64,000 bases of DNA from contig CAYOCM010000001.1 in the NCBI GenBank assembly GCA_964402515.1, positions 5,660 through 69,659 on the forward strand, read 5' to 3'. Positions 17,800 to 27,224 of the stretch are shown piece by piece. Numbering within the stretch: position 1 is the first letter of the stretch; each line of letters opens with the position of its first letter. Position numbers and translations under genes: made by a program. Under the pieces are notes generated by a model. That model saw only the letters and a program-made list of their open reading frames with translations. It was not told where the DNA came from and made no database searches. This DNA comes from an uncultured Ruminococcus sp. Lineage in GTDB: Bacteria > Bacillota > Clostridia > Oscillospirales > CAG-382.

Positions 17800-19391
17800 G
17801 GTCTTTTTTGCCTTATCTTTTTTGACAATGCAAATATAATTATGGCAATCCAAACAAAAGCAAGCACAGAAAGCAGCAATATCGACTCCAAAGGCAAAGC
17901 GCCGAATACGATACTGTGTTCGAGTTTATACTGAGAAACAGTGCTTTCAAAAGTTTCGGTGATGAACTCATCGTCTACGTTCTTTTTACGTTTGACATTT
18001 TTAACAACTGTCTCGATAAGTGCGCCCGCCGCGCTGCGCAACGACGCCGAACCGTTAAACACGGGCGTGATAAAGGTATTGTCTAAATTGTCAAGCAAAA
18101 GCTTTGATGCGTCTATCTTAATGCTGTAATACATATCGTTATCTTCGCCCGAACGCGAAAGATAATCGATATATTCGGCAGAATTTTGCGCTTTTGTCGT
18201 TACGGGCACATACCCCTCTGTTGAAGCATAGTCGATCTGCACGTCGTTTGTAAGCAGATATTGCACAAACAGCCACGACGCCATGACCTCATCGGTATCT
18301 TCTTTATTGAATATACACACCGACGGTCCCTGAGATATCATCTGCGGATTTGAAACATCATATTGAGGAATGCTCATTACGACCATTTCAAAATCGGTCA
18401 TATCATCTTCGGGGATATCGATATTGGGTGCATCGGTGCCCATCCAAGTTGCGCCGGCGGTGGAATCTATTGCAAATATGCACTGACCGGCATTGATATA
18501 GTTGCCGGGATAACCTGAAAATTTAAATGTCGAAAAACTGCCGTTTTCGGTCGCATCGGCAATTCCGAGCAATAAAGCGCGAGTTTTATCGTTAAACAGC
18601 AATATATCGCCGTCATCGGTAGAATAGCCTATACCGCTCTGCTTTGCTATCTGTATCATCATGTTGTCGGTCGACTTATATATAAACGGCAACATAACAT
18701 CTCCGCCGGTAAGTTTATATGTACCGTCGTCGTTTTTTTCGGCGGCTTTTGCCGAAACCTCAAAGACAAAATCCCAAGTCAGTGTTTCGGGCAAAGTATA
18801 GCCTAATTTTTCGACAAGAGTTTTGTTGACATAGCAAGCCTCGGTCGAACGCATAAACGGCAGACAATAATATTTGCCGTCGATGACGCATTCGGACAAA
18901 AACTGCCCTACTATCTCATCTGCGGTCGGTGCGTCAAAACCGACCTTGCTGCCGCCCATGCCGTATTCGGAATCGTAAATAAGCTCATCAAGCGGTACCA
19001 CAAGGTTTGTGCCCGTAAGATATGTTGCTATATGGTCGGGATAAGTTATGCAGACGTTGGGTGTGCTTTTTGTCGGAATATTGGTGATGACATCACTGTA
19101 TATATCTTTATAATCGCTGTAAAGTTTTAAATTTACGGTGATGTTGGGGTATATACGCTGAAAATCACTTACGGTTTTTTTATATATCTCCTGCTGGCGC
19201 TTGTTGTTGTCGTTTTTTGCCCAAAATGTTATCTCATATTCGCGAGTGGCGTCGAACGAATCGGGCATGACAAATTCAGGCAGGTCGCCTTCGCCGGCTA
19301 TGCCCGCATTATCTGCGGTCTTGCCGTGGCATGACGAAAATGACAAAACGCAAAACATCAGCGCAAACATAAACGCAAATATTTTTTTCAT
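17796..19391 (-). CDS. ABC transporter extracellular solute-binding protein (sugar family) with an N-terminal lipoprotein signal and a C-terminal TM anchor
   Basis: 531 aa. N-terminus MKKIFAFMFALMFCVLSFSSC. Family-1 SBP-like body. The C-terminus SILLLSVLAFVWIAIIIFAL followed by SKKIRQKRP is a hydrophobic helix plus a positive tail. ATGA overlap with the upstream permease gene. Confidence 0.8.
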   Translation of the reverse strand: MKKIFAFMFALMFCVLSFSSCHGKTADNAGIAGEGDLPEFVMPDSFDATREYEITFWAKNDNNKRQQEIYKKTVSDFQRIYPNITVNLKLYSDYKDIYSDVITNIPTKSTPNVCITYPDHIATYLTGTNLVVPLDELIYDSEYGMGGSKVGFDAPTADEIVGQFLSECVIDGKYYCLPFMRSTEACYVNKTLVEKLGYTLPETLTWDFVFEVSAKAAEKNDDGTYKLTGGDVMLPFIYKSTDNMMIQIAKQSGIGYSTDDGDILLFNDKTRALLLGIADATENGSFSTFKFSGYPGNYINAGQCIFAIDSTAGATWMGTDAPNIDIPEDDMTDFEMVVMSIPQYDVSNPQMISQGPSVCIFNKEDTDEVMASWLFVQYLLTNDVQIDYASTEGYVPVTTKAQNSAEYIDYLSRSGEDNDMYYSIKIDASKLLLDNLDNTFITPVFNGSASLRSAAGALIETVVKNVKRKKNVDDEFITETFESTVSQYKLEHSIVFGALPLESILLLSVLAFVWIAIIIFALSKKIRQKRP

Positions 19392-20263
19392 CCCTTGGTA
19401 CCTCCTCGCGAAACGCCCTGCATTATCTGATCGCGAAAAACAAGAAACAGAATAATGAGCGGCAACGACACGGCAACGACAGCCGCCATCATTGCGGGAA
19501 TATCCTGTCTGCCGAAACCGTTTTCACGTATATACTGTATGCCGTTTGAAACAAGATAATAATTTGGGTCATCGGTTATCAATCTGGGCCAAACATAAGA
19601 ATTCCAGCACTCTATTACTTTTAATATAACAACCGTGACTATGGTCGGGCGACTGACGGGAATCATTACCTTAAAGAGATATTTAAGGTCGGATGTGCCG
19701 TCGACCTTTGCCGCATAATACAGTTCGTCTGGTATCTGCGCAAAATTTTCTTTTAAAAGATAGATATAAAATACCGATGTCACCGAAGGCAATATCAATC
19801 CCGTAAAAGTATTACGCAAGTCAAGATTGCTGACCGTAACGAAATTGGTTATGATGACAAGCTCGTTGGGGATCATCATCAAGGCCAAAAACAACGTAAA
19901 CAAAACGTCTTTGCCTTTGAAATCAAGACGGGCAAACGCATACGCGGCAAGCACCGTGACAATAAGCATAATTGCCGTCGTAATAACGGTAAATATCAGC
20001 GTGTTGACAAAATATCCGCCGAGATCCACCGCGGTAAACGCTTTGATATAATTATCAAACGTAGGCGCGAGAGTAAACAACTGCGGTATTTTTTCGCTGT
20101 TATAGGCGCTGTATTGCTTTACGGAGGTCAAAAGCATCCAATAAAACGGAAAAAGCACTATTATCGCCCAAACGGCGAGCATTATATATGTAAATGTCTT
20201 TAAAACGTTTGAGCGTATACGGGCAGAACGTTTTATGACATCGTAATCTGTGATACCGTTCAT
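19388..20263 (-). CDS. Carbohydrate ABC transporter permease (MalG/UgpE-like)
   Basis: Six hydrophobic segments and the EAA-loop region YYAAKVDGTSDLKYLFKVMIPVSRP. ATG 20263 is preceded by GGGGGAG. Confidence 0.85.
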   Translation of the reverse strand: MNGITDYDVIKRSARIRSNVLKTFTYIMLAVWAIIVLFPFYWMLLTSVKQYSAYNSEKIPQLFTLAPTFDNYIKAFTAVDLGGYFVNTLIFTVITTAIMLIVTVLAAYAFARLDFKGKDVLFTLFLALMMIPNELVIITNFVTVSNLDLRNTFTGLILPSVTSVFYIYLLKENFAQIPDELYYAAKVDGTSDLKYLFKVMIPVSRPTIVTVVILKVIECWNSYVWPRLITDDPNYYLVSNGIQYIRENGFGRQDIPAMMAAVVAVSLPLIILFLVFRDQIMQGVSRGGTKG

Positions 20264-20282
20264 ATTACACTCCCCCTTAAAA

Positions 20283-21176
20283 TTAATAATGCACACGCTT
20301 TTTGCCGATCATAAGATTGATGACCGTTATGGTAAGAACTATTAAAAACAATATTATAGCCGCCGCCGAAGCATATGACGGCGAGCCGCCGGTCTCGCCG
20401 TAAAGCATATCATAGATATAACCGACTATGGTATTCATACCGGCAGAATTAAGGTCGGTGCCGAACAAAGCAACGGCATCGCTGTATGCTTTAAACGCGC
20501 CTATAAATCCTGTTATGACGAGATAGAAAATCATCGGCGATATCATAGGCAGGGTTATGCGGGTAAACATGCGCGCTCTCGACGTGCCGTCCACCCGCGC
20601 CGCGTTATAATAATCCTGATTGACAGATGCCAAAGCGCTTGTCAGTATCAGTATCTTAAAGGGCAAAACTATCCATATCGTATAAAGACACATTACCGTC
20701 ATTTTTGCCCAATAAGGCCCATCGATAAAATCTATGCCTTCGGCACCGAAAATCGAGATAAACGAGTTTATCAGTCCGTCGGTGTATTCTGTCTTGTCAA
20801 ACAGTATCATAAATACCAGACCTACGGCAAGCGTGTTGGTAACATACGGCAAAAAATATACCGTCTGAAAAGCTTTTTTTAGGCGCGTGATCGACGAAAG
20901 TCCGAGCGATATGAGCAATGCCAAACCGGTTGAAACCGGAACTGTTATCGCAACAAGAATAAAAGTGTTTTTAAGCGCCTGCAAAAACAGTTCGTCGTGC
21001 AGCACGTATGAATAATTATATAAACCTATGCCAAAATATGTTTGCGAGGTCATGCTGAACCCCTCTTCAAACGAGTATATCAAAACGTCGACGAGAGGGT
21101 AAACCATAAACACGCCCAAAAACAGCATTGCGGGCAAAAGATAGAGCCACGCTTTTGATAACTTTTTTCTTTCCAT
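20283..21176 (-). CDS. Carbohydrate ABC transporter permease (MalF/UgpA-like)
   Basis: EAA-loop region YNAARVDGTSRARMFTRITLPMISP. ATG 21176 is preceded by GAGG. Confidence 0.85.
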   Translation of the reverse strand: MERKKLSKAWLYLLPAMLFLGVFMVYPLVDVLIYSFEEGFSMTSQTYFGIGLYNYSYVLHDELFLQALKNTFILVAITVPVSTGLALLISLGLSSITRLKKAFQTVYFLPYVTNTLAVGLVFMILFDKTEYTDGLINSFISIFGAEGIDFIDGPYWAKMTVMCLYTIWIVLPFKILILTSALASVNQDYYNAARVDGTSRARMFTRITLPMISPMIFYLVITGFIGAFKAYSDAVALFGTDLNSAGMNTIVGYIYDMLYGETGGSPSYASAAAIILFLIVLTITVINLMIGKKRVHY

Positions 21177-21180
21177 AGCG

Positions 21181-22278
21181 TCAGACCTCAAACTTTATGC
21201 GTTCTTCCGTAACGGAATCAAACAGATAAACTTTTACGGGTTTTAATGCAAAATGCGCCTCGGGTGTCGTTACAAGTTGTACGTCTTCGGCACTGATTAT
21301 AGACCTGACGGCAGTTCCCAAAAGTTCGGGATGTTTTGAAACTACCGTAACATCTCTGCCCATGACCTCTATTTTTTGCAACTCGCATGTAAACGCACCG
21401 TCTTTATCGGGCACAAATCCCTCGGGGCGAATGCCTATGTATACATCGCCGTCGCGAACATTTTTAACATTCATAACCGGGGTATCGCCTATTATAAGTT
21501 TGCCGTCCTCTGTCCTGCCTTTAAATACGTTGATTGGCGGAGTGCCGAGGAATTTGGCAACAAACAAGTTGGCGGGATCGTCGTACACCTGTTGCGGAGA
21601 GCCGATCTGATTGACTGTGCCGTCGCGCATAACGACTATCATGTCGGATATGCTCATGGCTTCTTCTTGGTCGTGAGTGACAAACACGGTGGTTATACCG
21701 GTTTCGCGCTGAATGCGGCGTATCTCTTCGCGTGTTTGCAATCTCAGTCTTGCGTCGAGGTTTGACAAAGGTTCGTCAAGCAAAAGCACCTTGGGCAGTT
21801 TGACAAGCGCACGCGCGATGGCAACACGCTGTTGCTGACCGCCGGACATTTCGGCAGGTTTACGGTCAAGCAAGCCGTCTATTTGAACGAGTTTTGCGGC
21901 CTGTTTTGCTCTGTTGACCATTTCGATTTTAGACAGTTTGTCTTTGCCGCGTAAGTTCTGAAGCGGAAACATTATGTTTTGCAAAACATTAAGGTGAGGA
22001 TAAAGCGCATAGTTTTGAAACACCATGCCGACACCGCGGTTTTCGGGAGGCAAGTCGGTAACGTCGTCGTCGCCGAAAAATATGCGTCCCGACGTGGGTT
22101 TTAAAAGTCCGCAGATAAGATTGAGCGTAGTGCTCTTACCGCAACCCGAAGGTCCGAGCAGACCTATAAGCGTGCCGTCGGGTATCTCAAAATCAAAGTT
22201 GTTGACGGCTGTGACATCTTTTGCGTTTTTGCCTTTGCCCGGAAATTGCTTTGTCAAATTTTGCAGTATAACTTTCAT
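21181..22278 (-). CDS. Sugar ABC transporter ATP-binding protein (MalK/MsmX/UgpC-like)
   Basis: Walker A GPSGCGKST, signature MSGGQQQRVAIARAL, Walker B LLLDEPLSNLD, and a C-terminal regulatory/TOBE-like extension. Confidence 0.9.
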   Translation of the reverse strand: MKVILQNLTKQFPGKGKNAKDVTAVNNFDFEIPDGTLIGLLGPSGCGKSTTLNLICGLLKPTSGRIFFGDDDVTDLPPENRGVGMVFQNYALYPHLNVLQNIMFPLQNLRGKDKLSKIEMVNRAKQAAKLVQIDGLLDRKPAEMSGGQQQRVAIARALVKLPKVLLLDEPLSNLDARLRLQTREEIRRIQRETGITTVFVTHDQEEAMSISDMIVVMRDGTVNQIGSPQQVYDDPANLFVAKFLGTPPINVFKGRTEDGKLIIGDTPVMNVKNVRDGDVYIGIRPEGFVPDKDGAFTCELQKIEVMGRDVTVVSKHPELLGTAVRSIISAEDVQLVTTPEAHFALKPVKVYLFDSVTEERIKFEV

Positions 22279-22319
22279 GGCAACATACCTACCCTTTTGT
22301 GCTTATATTTACAGTATAC

Positions 22320-22348
22320 ATTATAGCAAACCGCGAGTTTAAAGTCAA
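22320..22348 (-). promoter_or_regulatory. Sigma-A type promoter of the ABC importer operon
   Basis: Minus strand reads TTGACT, a 17-nt spacer, then TATAAT. Confidence 0.5.
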
Positions 22349-22393
22349 TATTTTGATATAATTTGCAAGCGTGTCATATCGCACAAAATACTA

Positions 22394-22422
22394 TTGCAAA
22401 AAAAGGCGGATAATGGTATAAT
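22394..22422 (+). promoter_or_regulatory. Sigma-A type promoter of the CotH-VTC-DUF4956 operon
   Basis: TTGCAA, a 17-nt spacer, then TATAAT. Confidence 0.5.
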
Positions 22423-22485
22423 CGGGCATAAAGTTATTTTTATCTTTAACGATAATAACAAATCTCGCAAAGGCGGCGATCTTTT

Positions 22486-25400
22486 TTGTCAAACAATTAT
22501 AAATCATTGCAGAAAACCAAAAACATCACGACGGCAGTGTTGCTTATTCTGTGCCTTATGCTCAGCATAGTGCTGCTTTATATAATCCAATCCGAACTCG
22601 ACGGAGACGAGATATACTCGGGCGAATATAAAGTTCGTATAACAGAGATATGCTCGTCGAACAATTCAATCGATTATGACAAAAACGGCGATTTCAGCGA
22701 TTATATAGAGCTTTATAACTACGGCGAAACGTTTAATCTCAAAGATTTTGCGCTTACGATAAGCACAAAACGCAAAGGACAGTATACGTTCGGCGACACT
22801 ATCTTTGAATCGGGCACATATATGGTGCTGTGGCTTAACGGTGACGATGTGCCGTTTAAATTGGCGGCAAGCGGCGGCGAAACGGTATCGCTGCTTTCTC
22901 CCGACACAAAAACCGTATGTTCGGCAACAACAGAATCGCTCGAACCCGATCAGGTCATGCTGTGGTCCGAAAACGGCTATACCCTGTCGTTTGAAGCGTC
23001 TCCCGGATTCGCAAACACCGCAGAGGGCGTAGAACTGTTTCGCAAGGGCACTCCGATGGCGCAGGATAAAATAGTCATCAACGAACTTTTTATTGCCAAC
23101 AAATCGGCAATGCCCGACTTTGACGGCGAATTTTGCGATATAATAGAGCTTAAAAACATTTCAAACGAGGCAATATCGCTTGGCGATTGGTATATATCCG
23201 ATTCGTTTGACCGCAAAAGCCGAGTAAAGTTGCCCGATACGGTATTGCAGCCCGGCGAAATCAAACTGATATATGCATCGGGCAAAGACACGGTTACAGA
23301 CAGCGGCGAGTTTCACACCGATTTCAGAATATCACTCGGCGAAACGGTATATTTGTTTTATCAAAACACTTATGCAGAACTCGAGACTGCTGAATGTGAC
23401 GCAAATTATTCGCTGTCGCGTGACGGCAGCGGCAAATATACGGTGATGATTGCCACGCCCGGATTTGAAAACACCGATGAAGGATACGACGCTTTTTGCA
23501 CGTCAAGGCTTGACAACGAGTCCTCTATCGTTATAAGCGAATTGCTTTTAAAGGCAGACTTGACATCCTACGGCGGAGCGCTGCGCGACGTTGTCGAGTT
23601 GCACAACACCACGGGCACCGCAATATCGTTAAAGGGTTGGTATATTTCGGACGATCCCGACGAGCCGTATAAATACGCATTTTCGGATGTTACGGTCGAT
23701 GCGGGCGGATATTATTTGATATATTGCGAAAACAGTGCAAAAGGCAGCTCAACCGGATTTGCGCTTTCATCCGACGAATACGTATATCTTACAACTCCCG
23801 AACACAAGCAGACGGCGGCAATACCCTGCGTTTCGGCAGGCCGCGGAAAATCAAGGTCTTTGAGCGACGACGGCAGCTATTATGACGGCGAAATATCGCT
23901 CGGATATTCAAATGACGATAACGGCATTGCTCTTTACGCCAAATCGGTCAGGCCGCAGACGGTAGAAATAAGCGAAGCTGTATCACTGAATTCAAAATAT
24001 CTCGCGGGGCCTTATGGCACTTATAACGATTTTTGCGAGCTGCACAACTTAACCGATCACGATATCACGCTTGACGGTTGGTATCTGTCGGATAACCCCA
24101 AAAAGCCCAAAAAAGCAAGCCTTGACGGCATAACGATTAAAGCAGGCGAATATCTGTGCATTATTCTGTCAAAGAACGGGCTTAACATCAAATCCGGATA
24201 TAACTCGGTAGCGCTTTCGCTTTCATACGAAGGTGAAACTCTTTGTCTGTCAAACGGCGATGTTATAGTCGATTGCATGGCAATGCCGATGCTTGCCGAA
24301 AACACGTCATACGGCAGGCCCGCCGGCAAAGACGGTTTTGATATACTTGCCGAGCCTACGCCCGATAAGAGCAATTCCGACGCTTCGTTAAAGACCACCC
24401 CCACCCCGACGGCTTCGATAGAGCAAGGTGTTTATGACGGCTCAAAAACGCTTTATCTCGAGCTTTTGGGCGAAGGCAAGATATACTATACACTCGATTG
24501 CACCGAGCCGACGACAAATTCGACACCTTATACCGCGCCGATCGAAATAAGCAAGACCACTATAATACGCTGTATAGCGGTCGCGGAGGGATGCAAAGCA
24601 AGCGAAATCAAAAGCCTGTCGTATATAGTCGGTGAAGGCGATACGCTTGAGGCTGTTTCGCTTGTGTGCGATCCCGACGATCTGTTTGATTATTACACGG
24701 GCATATACGCAACCGGTCCCAATGCCAGTTCGACATATCCTTATGTCGGCGCAAATTATTGGAAACGTTGGGAACGTTACTGCACGGTCAGCTTTTTCGG
24801 CAACGACCTGACTTTTTCGGAAAACGCCGGACTCAGAATATTCGGCGGTTGGTCGCGAGCCGAAAACAAAAAATCGCTTGCGGTATTTTTCAGAGCAAAA
24901 TACGGTTGCAGTTCGTTAAACGTTCAATTGTTTGAAGATTCTGACCTTTGCTGCTATGAATCGTTTATTTTGCGCAATACGGGACAGGATGTCGGCAGAT
25001 GTTGGATGCGTGACGCTTTATTAACCAAGATCGCCGGCAAATATCTAAGCCTTGATTATCAAAACAACCGACCCGTAGTATTGTATTTGAACGGAGAATT
25101 TTGGGGGCTTTATTATATTCGTGAAAAAGCCAACGAAAATTTTATTGCGGGACATCAAAACACCACCGCAGACAGCGTTCAACTGACAAACGGCAACGGC
25201 AACTCAAACAGCGAATACAAAGCATTGATAGCTTATGTAAAAAGCCACGACCTTTCGGTTAGGGAATATTATGACTATGTTTGTTCGCAGGTAGATATAG
25301 ACAATTATATCGACTATATAATTGCCGAAATGATCATAGCAAATACCGACAACGGCAACATTAAGTTTTATAAAATAGACGGTGGCAAATGGAGATGGAT

Positions 25401-25815
25401 AATATACGACGTGGACCAATCGACATACAGCCCCGACTATAACACCGTAAAAGAGCATTTAAACCCCAACGGCACCGGCGCGGCGGATATGTTTTCAACA
25501 GCACTGATAAACGGACTGCTGAATAACAAAGAGTTTCGAGACAAGTTTTTGACGCGGTTTGCTTATCAGCTGAATGAGGTATGGACACCCGAGAGAATGA
25601 ACGCAGAGATAGATCGCTATTATTCTCTTATTAAAGATGCCCTGCCGAAAGAAAGCGCCAAATGGGGCAGATCGATAAAGTATATCGATACAAACATTAA
25701 TCGCCTGCGCACGTTTTTTAACGAGCGCAATAAAAAAATCGTGCCTATGATACAAGCACAATTCGGTCTTTCGGACAGCGAAATGCTGTCATACGGCTTT
25801 AATACGGAGGGCTGA
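22486..25815 (+). CDS. Membrane-anchored CotH-family (atypical kinase) protein with four lamin-tail-like (LTD) modules and an Fn3-associated module
   Basis: 1109 aa with a TTG start and an N-terminal TM helix TAVLLILCLMLSIVLLYII. Four modules share an ITE/INE/ISE start, then D(Y/I/V)(I/V)EL(Y/K/H)N, then GWY(I/L)SD. The module YYTLDCTEPTTNSTPYTAPIEI follows. C-terminal CotH-like strings are FILRNTGQD, LNGEFWGLYYIREK and DNGNIKFYK...WRWIIYDVDQS. Confidence 0.8.
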   Translation: MSNNYKSLQKTKNITTAVLLILCLMLSIVLLYIIQSELDGDEIYSGEYKVRITEICSSNNSIDYDKNGDFSDYIELYNYGETFNLKDFALTISTKRKGQYTFGDTIFESGTYMVLWLNGDDVPFKLAASGGETVSLLSPDTKTVCSATTESLEPDQVMLWSENGYTLSFEASPGFANTAEGVELFRKGTPMAQDKIVINELFIANKSAMPDFDGEFCDIIELKNISNEAISLGDWYISDSFDRKSRVKLPDTVLQPGEIKLIYASGKDTVTDSGEFHTDFRISLGETVYLFYQNTYAELETAECDANYSLSRDGSGKYTVMIATPGFENTDEGYDAFCTSRLDNESSIVISELLLKADLTSYGGALRDVVELHNTTGTAISLKGWYISDDPDEPYKYAFSDVTVDAGGYYLIYCENSAKGSSTGFALSSDEYVYLTTPEHKQTAAIPCVSAGRGKSRSLSDDGSYYDGEISLGYSNDDNGIALYAKSVRPQTVEISEAVSLNSKYLAGPYGTYNDFCELHNLTDHDITLDGWYLSDNPKKPKKASLDGITIKAGEYLCIILSKNGLNIKSGYNSVALSLSYEGETLCLSNGDVIVDCMAMPMLAENTSYGRPAGKDGFDILAEPTPDKSNSDASLKTTPTPTASIEQGVYDGSKTLYLELLGEGKIYYTLDCTEPTTNSTPYTAPIEISKTTIIRCIAVAEGCKASEIKSLSYIVGEGDTLEAVSLVCDPDDLFDYYTGIYATGPNASSTYPYVGANYWKRWERYCTVSFFGNDLTFSENAGLRIFGGWSRAENKKSLAVFFRAKYGCSSLNVQLFEDSDLCCYESFILRNTGQDVGRCWMRDALLTKIAGKYLSLDYQNNRPVVLYLNGEFWGLYYIREKANENFIAGHQNTTADSVQLTNGNGNSNSEYKALIAYVKSHDLSVREYYDYVCSQVDIDNYIDYIIAEMIIANTDNGNIKFYKIDGGKWRWIIYDVDQSTYSPDYNTVKEHLNPNGTGAADMFSTALINGLLNNKEFRDKFLTRFAYQLNEVWTPERMNAEIDRYYSLIKDALPKESAKWGRSIKYIDTNINRLRTFFNERNKKIVPMIQAQFGLSDSEMLSYGFNTEG

Positions 25816-25816
25816 G

Positions 25817-26485
25817 ATGGCAGACAGACGCGAAGAAAAATATTTAATAGGCTACGAAGATTTTGTGCGTATCGGTTCAAAAGCAAAAACGCTGATGCAC
25901 ATCGATCCCAACGGTGTCGACGGCAGATATTCTATCTGCTCGATATATTATGACGATGTTTATAACACGGCACTGTATGAAAAAGAAGACGGCAATGCCG
26001 TGCATACAAAGTTTCGCATACGCACATACGGCGGAGATCTCGGTTTCATCAAGCTTGAGCGCAAAACAAAAAAAGGCATTATAACGTCAAAACTTGCGTC
26101 TGCGATATCGGAAAACGAGCTTGATATATTGCTTTCGGGCGGCAGAGCCGCGGACGATTGGCAATGTTACAATCTGTCAACCGAGATGATATCGCGAGGA
26201 TTAAAACCGATATGTGCAATCAGGTATGATAGGATCGCATATTTATACGAACCTCTCAACATCAGGCTGACATTTGATATGAATATCGACAGATTGCCGC
26301 CGGACAAGATATCGTTGGCAGGCGATAATACGCGGGCGATACCCGCCCTGCCGCGCGGCGAGATAGTCATGGAGATCAAATACGACACTGCCTGCCCTTC
26401 GTTTGTGCGCAAGATATGCGCTAATTCGGGCCAACAAATATCGGTTTCAAAATATGCGCTGTGCAGAAACGCGCAAATATACTAA
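25817..26485 (+). CDS. VTC-domain protein (polyphosphate-polymerase-like triphosphate tunnel fold)
   Basis: 222 aa. The N-terminal RREEKYLI and the K/R/E-alternating beta-strand pattern (KFRIRTYG, IKLERKTKK, VMEIKYD) are typical of bacterial VTC-domain proteins. Starts 1 nt after the CotH stop, with its RBS GGAGGG inside the CotH 3' end. Confidence 0.7.
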   Translation: MADRREEKYLIGYEDFVRIGSKAKTLMHIDPNGVDGRYSICSIYYDDVYNTALYEKEDGNAVHTKFRIRTYGGDLGFIKLERKTKKGIITSKLASAISENELDILLSGGRAADDWQCYNLSTEMISRGLKPICAIRYDRIAYLYEPLNIRLTFDMNIDRLPPDKISLAGDNTRAIPALPRGEIVMEIKYDTACPSFVRKICANSGQQISVSKYALCRNAQIY

Positions 26486-26508
26486 ATATTTAATTAAAGA
26501 GGCACAAA

Positions 26509-27174
26509 ATGAGTTTTACGGACATGATCAAAAAAAGCGTCCTTGAGGGATTTTCGGCAGACGTTTCGCTGTCTGATATACTTATCTCTCTGGGCATTGC
26601 GTTTATAACGGGCTTGTTTATACTGTTGATATACCGCCTTACGACGCGCTCTGTCGGGCGCAGCCGTTCATTTGAGGTCACACTGCTTATGATGACGCCT
26701 ATCAGCGCCATGATAGTTTTGACTATCACGTCAAACCTTGCGCTTTCGCTCGGCATGGTCGGCGCACTGAGCATAATCAGGTTTCGCACGGCAATAAAAG
26801 AGCCGTCCGACACCGCATTTATGTTTTGGGCAGTTGCCGCAGGCATAACGGCAGGCGCGCATTTTTACAGCATCGCGTTGGTCGGCAGTTTGTTTATAGG
26901 CGCACTTACGTTTATTATTATGAAATTGACCGCGATTTCGTCAAGACCTTATCTGCTGATAATAAAGGCAAGCGACAAGCAGGCGTTTGACGACACCGAA
27001 AATCTGTTTGAACGTCACCATATCAAAAACAGACTTGCATCACTTACCACAAGCGGTGATCTCGACGAAGCGATATATGAGGTCGCGATCTCATCTTCGG
27101 CACGCAAGCTGATAAACGCAATAGAAAGTATCGACAACGTTGTTTCGGCATCAATAGTCGATTGCAGGAACTGA
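26509..27174 (+). CDS. DUF4956-family membrane protein
   Basis: 221 aa with about 5 hydrophobic segments, the motif LSIIRFRTAIKEPSDTAFMFWAVAAGI, and a soluble C-terminal tail of about 80 aa. Confidence 0.65.
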   Translation: MSFTDMIKKSVLEGFSADVSLSDILISLGIAFITGLFILLIYRLTTRSVGRSRSFEVTLLMMTPISAMIVLTITSNLALSLGMVGALSIIRFRTAIKEPSDTAFMFWAVAAGITAGAHFYSIALVGSLFIGALTFIIMKLTAISSRPYLLIIKASDKQAFDDTENLFERHHIKNRLASLTTSGDLDEAIYEVAISSSARKLINAIESIDNVVSASIVDCRN

Positions 27175-27177
27175 TAA

Positions 27178-27224
27178 ACAAAAAAACAAGGGTTGCCCGG
27201 CGGCAACCCTTGTTTTATTTTTTT
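27178..27224. terminator. Strong bidirectional terminator
   Basis: An A-run, then CAAGGGTTGCC-cggc-GGCAACCCTTG (11-bp stem), then a T-run. It overlaps the stop codon of the minus-strand 956-aa gene. Confidence 0.85.
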
